Source of the DNA: Catajapyx aquilonaris
Taxonomy: Eukaryota
NCBI GenBank assembly: GCA_000934665.2
Contig: KZ538329.1
Coordinates: 1-64,000 of the forward strand
Length of the DNA: 64,000 nt
Reading direction: 5' to 3'
The notes under the pieces are model-generated. The model did not search any database and was not told where the DNA came from. It saw only the letters and a list, made by a program, of their open reading frames with translations. Below, one piece after another: positions 50,518-64,000 of the stretch; within the stretch, counting starts at the first letter, position 1; each line of letters starts with the position of its first letter. The position numbers were made by a program, and so were the translations under genes.

Positions 50518-50900
50518 AAAGTTTCTCATTTTAAAAAGTCTCATAGAACAGCTTAGTCTGTCCGTCCGCCTGCCTGTGGACAAATATCAGGGCCTAAACC
50601 GCTAGAGATAGAACGACAAACGGCTTTTGGATTCGGAGGACCCTAAATAATTTCATGGCCAACTTCCGGTTTTTCGGGTTCACTATATCCGCCAAGGTCA
50701 AATATACAGGCAGGTTACCAGCGTAAATTGAGTTAATTGGCAACGGGCAGTTAGACTGACTGTGAGACATCAATCAATGTCATTGTTTGATTAGAATGTC
50801 AATCGCATCGTGTCGTGTCGGGTTTGTCAGCATCAAATCTCGCTGACAAACGAGAAAAAGTCTACTCCAATCACGCTCGTGTAATTGGCCAATATTGTTC
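50518..50900 (+). mobile_element. Helentron/DINE-1-like interspersed repeat, copy 2
   Basis: TCTGTCCGTCCGCC tract; inverted match to 34910-35268. Confidence 0.55.
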
Positions 50901-51570
50901 GAGTCTGTAAATGCCCAAATTTGTTGGATTTTAGGACTTGGCTAAATATACATTATGTGCAGGTTTTACAAACTTCTGTCATTTATCGTGCGAAGAACGG
51001 GGTCCCCTGCTATTCTATAGATTTAAACATGGCAGTCATAATCTTTAAAATGTGTCTGTTTGCACTTGTCCTAATGTAAAATTTGGCTTCTCCAGTGGTG
51101 GAGGTGTGGAGGTGTAATAAATCCGGATCTGGTGTGGTGGGTCCAGCAGTTTGAGCAGCGCATCCGTAATTCCCCGGGCGAGATTGGCTTCCTATTTGGG
51201 AGGAGGGGGGTCCGGGGGAGAATAAAAGGAAAAGGCGCAGTGGGCGTGGTTTTGTCGGGTGTGCGCACCTGATGTCGGTGCTACATTGCTATGGCACCCA
51301 CCACCACCACCACCCCCAACAACCTTCCCCCTCAGGCAGGCAGACAGGGAACAACATTTGGGCCTTGGGCCCTCCACCACCTGCTACCCGTTACCCAACT
51401 CCCATCCGCAGCTGCCTCCTACAACTCAAATTAAGATCCGACACGTGCCCCATTTCCTATTCGCATCTTCCGCCTCGCACTTCCTGCCGGAATAAAACGC
51501 CATCCTGCCTTGCCACGACATTACTCCGGCACTTACATGCAAATTAGACAGGTCACGTTCATACTCTCTT

Positions 51571-52348
51571 CCCCGATTGGGCAGAGATATCAGCAAGCTT
51601 CCTGATTGGGGCATGATCCAACAAGCTCTTGGATTGGGCCACGACCAGGCAAGCTCTCTGATTGGGCCTCCAGCTTGCTTCCTGATTGGACCCACGCGCA
51701 AGCTCTCTGATTGGGCCATGATCCTCCAAACTCTGTGATTGGGCAGCGACTAAGCAAGCTCTCTGATTGGACCACGACTAAGCAAGCTGTCTGATTGGGC
51801 CTCCAGCATGCTTCCTGATTGGACCTCCAGCATGCTTCCTGATTGGACCCACGAGCAAGCTCTCTGATTGGGCCGCGACTAAGCAAGCTCTCTGACTTGA
51901 CCACGACTAAGCAAGCTGTCTGATTGGGCCATGACTAATCAGACTGTCTGATTGGGCCTCCAGCATGCTTCCTGATTGGACCCACGAGCAAGCTCTCTGA
52001 CTGGACCACGACTAATCATGCTTTCCGATTGGGCCATGACTAATCAGACTGTCTGATTGGTCTACGAATAGGCAAGCTCTCTGATTGCCTTGAGCAAGCT
52101 TTCTGATTGGGTCACGACCAGGCAAGCTCTCTGATTGGGCCTCCAGAATGCTTCCTGATTGGACCCACGAGCGGTGTTCTCTGATTGGGCTATGATCCTC
52201 CAAGCTCTCTGATTGGGCCTCGGGCACGCTTTCTGATTGGGCCATGACTAGGCAAGCTCTCTGATTGGGTCTCCAGAATGCTTCCTGATTGGCCGATACA
52301 GTCCTCGCTTTTGATTGGGTCTGCTGGTCAGGACAGTGCTGATTGGCT
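51571..52348. repeat. Tandem array of ~24-29-bp units, each carrying GATTGG (CCAAT box on the minus strand)
   Basis: About 27 intact ATTGG counted by eye plus 3 variants, most in the context CTGATTGG. Confidence 0.9.
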
Positions 52349-53835
52349 ACATCTGCTAAAATCCGGGTTTCGTTAGGGGGAGTCTTAATTTATTCAGCAG
52401 TGTTGGAGGTGAGAGAGGTTTGCTGGGTTGGGGCTGGAGGCCTATACTGCAGTATAAGCTGGCAGAGTAGCTCCTTGGTAGTGACAGGCCATCCATCGCT
52501 CAGCCTCCCACCGCTGAAATATTCATCAGCCAAGGCAGCCAGCAGATGCTAAGCGGCTAATGACACGGGATGGAAGCTTACAAATTGATCTACCTACAAA
52601 CTCCAACCCATGCCCTCTTTCCTCTTGTATTTACTGCCCCTGCTCCAAACTAGAAATAAACACCGCTCCGATTATTATTTGTAGCAGTTACTTTCAACTG
52701 CTACACTGCCGCATATTTATTAGTTCAGGCAGTTGGTTGGACGCTGCTTGTAATTGCAGATCCGATCGGAATGTGCGTTGAGGGAAGGCTGTTCACACCG
52801 GGGCCCACAAAGGCATACGTGACTTGAAATCAGGAGCCGATCGATTATCATCTTTATTGGCTCAAACCTACTAGTCCATCCCGCTTCTAATTTATTGCCA
52901 TATAACCCGCAGGACAATCCCTACCAGTCCGTATACACTGAATAAAAGGTCAGGGATTCAATTCAAAATGCCTTTTCCTACGCTACCCCACCACCGTGGA
53001 GGAATATTTGCAGAGAAAATTCTCGCCTGGAAAGGTGCTAATTGGCATAATCGGATCCAAGTTGTTTTTCCCCCTGGATGCCAAAAGGGCCTCCCCCCCC
53101 CCGAAGGTGGCCTGGGCGATAAAGAGTCAAATCGGCAGGCCATCTTTTGGCAAATTGCCTTTCTTATCTCGAGGGGGGCCTTGTGCTCTTACGACGCCAT
53201 GTGGGAACCTCATCCAGGCCAATAAAACCGAATAAAACTCCTCCCTTCCTGGCTTTACGGGGGCTCAATCATCATCCTTTGCTTCTCACCCTCCTAATGC
53301 TGCTACCTGCACACGAAAAAATATATGAAAAAAAAATCCATAACCTGACACGACCAGCGCATCTTATATTCGGCTAATATTTCTGAATTTAACTGTACAG
53401 TACATTCAGCACTCACCAGCACAATTTACAGGGGGGCGACTTCCCCTGAAATGGCCCGGAAAAAAAAACTATTGTTGACAAACTGGCCATCAGTTGGCTA
53501 CACACAAACTCCGGCTGCAATTAACGGATTAAACTACACTGACCAAAGCCATTTTAAAAGGATGGCCCAGCTCAACTGTTGACCGGCCTGTGAACATTAA
53601 CCGATTTCTGTTGCACTCATTTTAGTGATGCCAACACCACATGTTGATATGTACGTTTCAACTTGAGTGTTCAGAGTATACAATCGCCTGGAAAAATAAA
53701 TTAAGCTGAAAAGTGTGTAATGAAACAGGTCGAATTAGCTTATTGGCATGCAATCAAGGATATGTAAATATTCGCAACAATTTTAGGCACAAGTTACGAT
53801 ATAGTTTGTTAGCACTTTTCACCTAGATATGCCTA

Positions 53836-54012
53836 CACTGTAAACCGCAAAACATTAAAAGAGCATGGCTAGTGAGTCTCCCATGGAGCATCAATTTTTA
53901 ATGCTCTAGTGATGCTTTTTTGTTGCTAAAGAGCATTAGAAGAGCATTAAAAATTGACGGTCCATGGAAGACTCACCAGTGACGATCTTTTAATGTTTTG
54001 CGGTTTACAGTG
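53836..54012. mobile_element. TA-flanked foldback MITE
   Basis: TA|CACTGTAAACCGCAAAACATTAAAAGA...TCTTTTAATGTTTTGCGGTTTACAGTG|TA. Confidence 0.85.
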
Positions 54013-54290
54013 TAGTGTCCTATATGTACGACACTTGTAGTCACTGTGTTAGTTATTTGTCCATAAGAAAATATTTTAAAAAATGAACAAAAAGTAATTT
54101 CTGCATTTTCTCATAAAAGAGACTATGTATATTTAAAAAATTATTCAGACATATCTGGGTCAATGTTAGTATAGTGACTGTTGACTGAAATATAAAGGTA
54201 TGATTCAATACTATTTTAGGCAAACTCTTTCTCAACGCTGTTGAAGTCAATTCCCAATATTTTGTAATGTTGCATCAGTATACCGGGTGT

Positions 54291-54430
54291 ACTATCGGGT
54301 TCAAATACTTTTGGCCACTTTATCCTGGTCTTGAAGCAACCCTTCGCACAGACCCCACGTTAAGGAGGTGTGTGTGAAGGGTTGCTTCAAGACCAGGATA
54401 AAGTGGCCAAAAGTATTTGAACCCAATAGT
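54291..54430. mobile_element. Palindromic MITE, copy 2
   Basis: ACTATCGGGTTCAAATACTTTTGGCC...GGCCAAAAGTATTTGAACCCAATAGT. Confidence 0.8.
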
Positions 54431-57400
54431 GCCAGTGATTGTTGTGGGTTGCGCAGATGTACACCCTGCAAGGTGACTGGCACATCGCACAAGTACATCA
54501 CATAGCACGGCCAGCGTTACATGTCGTCGGGTAGCAGTTGGGACTATACCATCTAATAAGTACAGGAATCAATAAATTCAACTTGACAAATAATTCAAAC
54601 AAATTCAGTTCTAGTATCTACTTTGCCAAGTTTTAATTCCAAGGTACACTAACAATGTTTTAAAAAATGAGATGTCTCTAAAAAAAGGACTGTACATAAT
54701 TAAACATTTTGGGCAATTCTGACGTTTTACCTTGTGGAAATGCGGCTTCTTTCTCTAACTTACACAGGATTGTGTTTTTTTCTCTCGTTTATTTATTTTT
54801 TGGTTCTTTTTTTTTTAAGGTTGACAAACTGTAAATGTAACTCCAGCTGCGGTTATCAGTATCAAGAATAAATGAGAGCAATGGGTGGATAACCTAGCTG
54901 TTTCCCCCAACATTTTTTTTTTTTGGTCAAAAAAAAACAACTTATTGTTTGGTTGCAAATATGGAGTCTTGCAGTTTTTCTTCGCACTGGCACATTTACA
55001 GGTAAAACATGCAAAATAATCCTTTTCCTCCCCGCCACACGGTATCCGTTTTCAAACCTACATTTTATTTAAATGTCTTATAATTTTTATACATTTGCAT
55101 TCCTATCCAGTCACATTTTGGCAGAAACAATTGAAAATTGGGGAAATGTGAGCGTAGGAATTAGGTAAAATCCACCCATACTCAAAACGATCATTCACAG
55201 TGCACAAAAAAATAACAATCATTTTTTCTTTTTTTTTTTTTTGGTTGAGCTAATTCGAATCACAATGGTAAGTCCGAGGAGATACCTTTGTGAAAAGGGG
55301 GAAGATATTTTCGTTTCACACTCTCTCTCTCTCTCGCTCGCTTTCATTTTTTATTTTTTTTTGTTTCCTTCCTTTTTTTTTTTAAATTCCTTCTCTGGTT
55401 GGGACGTTCGAAAGCTCTCGTGGAGAGAAAATTATATTTGGCCATCCTGGGCGGTGCTCTGCTAAAACCAATCTTATGCAAGAAAACAAGTTTAATAAAT
55501 AAATAAATAAATAACAATGTGTCACAGGCCAGGCTCTTGCTGGCAGCTAAAGGGTCCCTACAGGGCTACACAAAATAACGTAATAATAATAAATAAAGAA
55601 ATAAAGAAACCTACTTCACTCTAGTAGTCTTGGTTTTGGCAAAAATCTGGGCCTGGACCAAGGAGCTAGTGTACCTGACTCGTCTTCTTCTAAAGAATAC
55701 AATTTGTACACTCTACACTGGTCAACGGAAGAACGAACTTTGTCTGAACCAACAAATACTAGTCGCACTTGCCAAGAAGGGCAAATGAACAATTTAGCAG
55801 ATGGGCGCTAATAATTTACAACAAAAATAACTGTGGAGAGCACATTCGACATGACAAGGAACGTTCTTCGTGTGTTCTTTACGGACCAAATCTTATAATT
55901 ACAAGTGAGCCGAAAAATGAGTTGCTTAGCACTTTGCGGATGCCAATGTTAAAAGCACGAACCTTTAAAAATTAATATTGTACATTTGGCTTAGATTTGC
56001 AGTCACCTAACCTATTCACGTTATTCCCATCACGGTCCAAACAAGCGCATTTCCCAAAAATTTCAAAGCAAAATAGCCCATTTTATATATGAACGATGAC
56101 AAATGTTTATTACAAATCGTTATAATTACAAATTTACGTCCCTGACAACTCTTTGCATAATTTGAAATATTCTAGAGGCAGACAGATTGAATTTCGTCCA
56201 ATCTCACGGCCATATGCCATACAATCCAACCTCCTGATACTGGGCCACGGCATGCATGTGTGCATGCACTTCATACGGAGAATGACTTACAACATAAGGA
56301 AAGCCACGATCCAGGCACCAGGAGGATTTGCATGTTTATCTTCACCAAAATCTACCGTCAACTGGTAGTGATCATTGTACATTGTCACGGGTCAACTCAT
56401 TGGCAGCAACAAGGTACTATGCGGAATAATAACTTGAGGGAGGAGGAAATATGGACAACTTGCTTGGTTCGTAAGAAACACTTTTTGTGCTGACCCCCCC
56501 CCCCCCCCCCCCAAAAAAAAGACCTTAAGTCTTTCTCTTATTTCTCTTCAAAAGATGTGCTCCGAGAGTCCTTCCCTCACTTTTTCCACACAAAAAAATA
56601 ACATTAATAATAAAAGGGGGGGGAAATATCAGAAAAAGTGAGGAAGGCTGGAAGCCACAGTAAGACGGCTTGAGAGGCTTGAGGTCCAAATGAGACTTGC
56701 TAGATGGGGATGTGGAGAGGGGGATGCACACATTCAGTAGCGCCTTTTTTTTTTTTGGTTTGTTTAATTAGTCTTTTTAAATCAGTTTTGCGTCATCACA
56801 AACAATATTCCACCTTACTGTGCCAAACCTGCCAGAAATACTGGTGCACCATGTCTATTCCCTATTATTATTTATTATTTATTATTATTATTATTTTTTA
56901 GCTGTTTAGTACCACACAAACATGCCAATTTTTTTCTTGTTTCTCTGCCAGAGCACAAATGACTGGGGGGGGGGGGGGTAAACTGCACTGCAAAGCATCA
57001 AGAGGTGTCACTTTTTATGTGTCAGTATTGCACAAATCCTCAGGTGTCGCACCTGTGCAAAAAAAAAATCGCTCTTATTTTTTTTTTGTTCCTTGAAAAA
57101 ATCGTTCAGTTGTCTCTAAAATCACTTGAAACATTAGAGGACGTTTAAACAACAAAGTTTTTTTTTTTTTTTGGTTTCCTTTCCACAAGGAATATATATA
57201 TATATAATATGTATATATACTACAGTCTGATAAATAAATACATCCATATAATTGTGTTGGAGTATCTCTGGGAGCCAGACATAATCCATCAAACTCCAAC
57301 AGATTCTTTTTTTGTCATTCTTTAAAATCCATTTTTTTGTTTTTTTTAAATACCTGCCGGGGAGAACACGAACCCCAAGTAATGGCTCACTCCATTAACT

Positions 57401-60293
57401 AGATCCTACCACACATCACAATACAATATTTATTTATTACAAGTGGACAGGATTCAGGACTCTTTCTACAAGAGGTATATTAGACTCTTTTTTTTCCCTT
57501 TTCTTCCTTTGCAATGGATAAGTTAGTTAATTTTTTAATTGGGGAGGGATAGTTCAAAACTTGTTCAGGTAGCTCTGGTTTGGGGAAAAAATTCCAGACG
57601 ACTGAAAAAATTATTGGAAGGTGAGACGTCGAGAAATTCGTTAGTTAATGGTTGCAATTATTCACTTAAAAAAAAGTATGACTGTTAATTGTGTGTGTAT
57701 TTTTTTAAAACCAATTCGAAATTAATGTGCCCTTTGTTTATTTTTTTGTCAACATGAGAAATGCCAACTTGTAAACTCACTTGAAATGAGAATAAATAGT
57801 GTACAATAAGAGGCCGTTACGACCTAAAAAATGTCTACATATCTTGTATGATACAACACAATATAAAACAAAGGTGAATAATTTATAATGAACAAACCTA
57901 ATATTATTGCAAAACATGCCCAATAATACTAACAAAGGAAAAAAAAAATAGCTGCAATTTAGACGTAAAAGAACAGTTTCTCTCTTCAAAAAAAAAAAAC
58001 AAAAAAACTCTTGTAATATTGCCAACCACTTTCCTTCCTATTTTTTTATAGCTGCAGAAAATGTAAGATTTGGACAGGTGATTTGTTGGGGGGGAGGAAA
58101 AGAGAAGTTTGAAATAATAATAAAAAATACCATGAAAGAATCTCTATCACTTAAAACATTGAGTCAGTTCAAGAAAAATCCCTGCCCATGCAAAGGATTT
58201 TCACACTTCTGGATTCAATCTTCCGTTGTTTTTTTTGAAAACTCACTTTGACTTGGTGGCAGACCTCTTTCTGAAGAGTGGATTGTCGCCTCTCCCCCCC
58301 CAATTCAAATCCAGGTTTTCCAACAACGAGAGGCATAGTGAATGATTTTTTAAAAAAATAAACCGCACCAATAACAGGATAATGTCAACGTAACAAGGGT
58401 CTTAAGTACATAAGTGTAGGCCGGTCACGATAGTTTTATTCAAGCAATTGTTAAGGTTTCTTCAAGATTTCAAAATTCCGTCACAATTGCAGCGAAATTG
58501 GTCCATTACGCAAACAAATTTTCCGATACATCACGGGTCGAACTTTTAAATATATTTTGTGTCCCGATGCAAAGTTCTGCAAACTTTCATCTGGAGTGCA
58601 AATTACTTCCTCGGAGGGCTTAAATTTTAATTACTGAGTTCAGCCATATTAAAAGGAGTGCAAAGGTTGCACTCCAATGCTCAGTTTGGAGTGAAGATGA
58701 TAATTTGGCACTTTTGCATCCGAATATTTGGACTCCTGACATACGGAACATAAACAGACTGAAAATCGCGCCCGAATGAAAGAGTCACGCGTCGGATAAC
58801 AATCAATCCAAGGTTAATTATTAAGGAGAGATTTTAAGACGAGTAAATCCATATGCCTCTCTATAGTTTTCAACCTGGCATTTTTTTGAAAGGGTTTTGT
58901 TACAATTCCACCAATCCATACTTGGGGTTTATTTTTTTGACATGTGACATAAACACACATTCACACGCGCTCACTCCCACTCCTGACATTGCACCGCTAT
59001 AATGGCCTCTTTTCTTAGGGGTGTTTACTTCAGTCTTATGTGACTTGAAAATTTGCCTCTTTTTTTTTTTTCTCCTTCCAATAATTTTACAAGCTCTACA
59101 GTTTGAAGTATTATTTTCTTTATACATCTGCTCATGAAATCTGTTATCTGCGATAAAACTTTTTTGTGTGGAAAGTCTTGATTTCCCACACGGATAATTG
59201 AACTTTTGTACTTTGAAGTCCAAATGTTTAAGTTAATATTCTTGCCTAATTGACTTCCCCTTTGCAACAAGTCAACTCAAATCCACACTTGTGTTTCACG
59301 TTAGTGGACGTTTGGCCTCTTTCTTACAGTTTTGCTTCTTCAGATGACTTTTGAATCTTTATGGATGGTATAAAATACTAGCTAAAATCTGACTAGGCTC
59401 CATCCAACTTGGTACTAAAAAACTTGGAACTGGCAATTAATAGATTATGATTCCCACTTGCAAAAAACAAAGCGATATTAAAATGTACATTTTTTTTTCT
59501 TTTCTTGGAAATGCCTCTGTGGTTGATGCTTGCTTAGGTCTCCTAATATCGACCTACTTACTGGAGAGAGAAAAAATACAACTCTCACAGCTTCAAAAAG
59601 CATTTTGCAGATTTTTCTTCAAATTCTGCCTAAGGAGGGAGGTAACATGAGGCACTCCTTGAAGATACACTTTTCTGAGCAAATTCGAGTATATTATAAC
59701 TGGTTGTCCCATGGGTGTCCATGCCTTGGAGATAATAACTACTGCTTTTGCTACAGTCTATGTCACGCGGTGTACTAAGCAATACGAGACTGCAATTCAA
59801 AAAAAAAATATTTAATTAACTTTTCCAAGCAATCCCAAGAAACTCATTGCAAAGGGGGTTTCAATTATCACCGTGCTTGATTATCTCGTAACCATTTTTT
59901 TTTTTTTTTGTGAAGATGAAACTTTAAAAAAATTCTCCGCCCCCAAAGAACTGCCTTTTAGTACGGTACACCATACACAAGCAAATCTCTCACGCAAATC
60001 CTCCCCTCCTCACGCACACACTCTCGTGATTGAGAGATAATTCTTCCCCCCACCCCACACCCCCCCCTAAAAAGAACTGCACAGCAATAATTACAATAAT
60101 CAGGATTAATAACTAACAGTCGATTGAGTCCACACCAATCAAGGTGGCTCCACACAGGGGCAAAACCAAAAAAGACTCGACCCCTTGCCACCACCACCTC
60201 CACATGGGGAGGAGGGGAGAAAAAAAAAAAGTGGCTCACTAATCACACTCCAGCGCACAATGGCTCACCAACCCGAAACAAAACAGACACTCT

Positions 60294-63602
<3,309 letters not shown>

Positions 63603-64000
63603 TCAAAGAGGTGAGTGCAAATGTCGGCGATTCAACAGTCAATGCCTATTGTTACTGCATCTATTTTGCCGACTATAGAAGGAACTGCCGATGGTGGGAG
63701 TGCTTTGTTCAAGTAGCTTCGCCTTTATGTTCCGAGGTAATTTTAGCATACGTAAAATACTTACAAATGCCAATTTATGCCTGCACACCACACTCAGCAT
63801 GCTGGTATAACAAGATGCGTAGTTTCAAAAAAATCTGTTGCCTTCGATTTTAGGAGTATGCCGCAATATATGCACGAAACTTTCAATATCGCATTTTCAG
63901 ATCAACATTGCAAACTACTCAATTCATTAGATTTTTAAAACACCGGAAAAAAACACGACAGAATTTTCTCGTCATACTTTTTGCAAAGCACTCCCTTGGT

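Noticed and set aside
51571..52348. CRISPR-like array or repeat-protein ORFs
   Set aside because: The inter-core segments are related to each other rather than unique spacers, there are no cas genes, the context is eukaryotic, and the ORFs are short frame-hopping by-products.

Overview
Eukaryotic (animal, probably insect) genomic DNA with spliceosomal GT-AG introns, not prokaryotic. The taxon is inferred from the SINE and gene content. (1) 0.2-18 kb: a minus-strand tandem cluster of five related C2H2 zinc-finger loci. Two look intact (~649 and ~648 aa, 16-finger arrays), one has tandemly duplicated exons and a late nonsense codon, one is a broken pseudogene, and one runs off the window edge. 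Four of them share an unrecognised N-terminal CxCC..HSFTHS(R/K)WD module followed by acidic, SUMO-consensus-rich linkers, and their fingers differ mainly in the DNA-recognition helices. (2) 24.9-26.5 kb: the bHLH repressor gene net/Atoh8. (3) 28-54 kb: a long non-coding tract with many MITEs and foldbacks, Helitron-like repeats, minisatellites, an assembly gap and a ~780-bp array of ~27 CCAAT boxes. (4) 60.3-63.5 kb: the last two coding exons of a JNK (basket) gene, with a probable ~5.5-kb 3' UTR and an intronic tRNA-derived SINE. Also seen are two tiny TSD-flanked palindromes resembling P-element excision footprints. All calls were made by eye from the sequence; no database searches were run.
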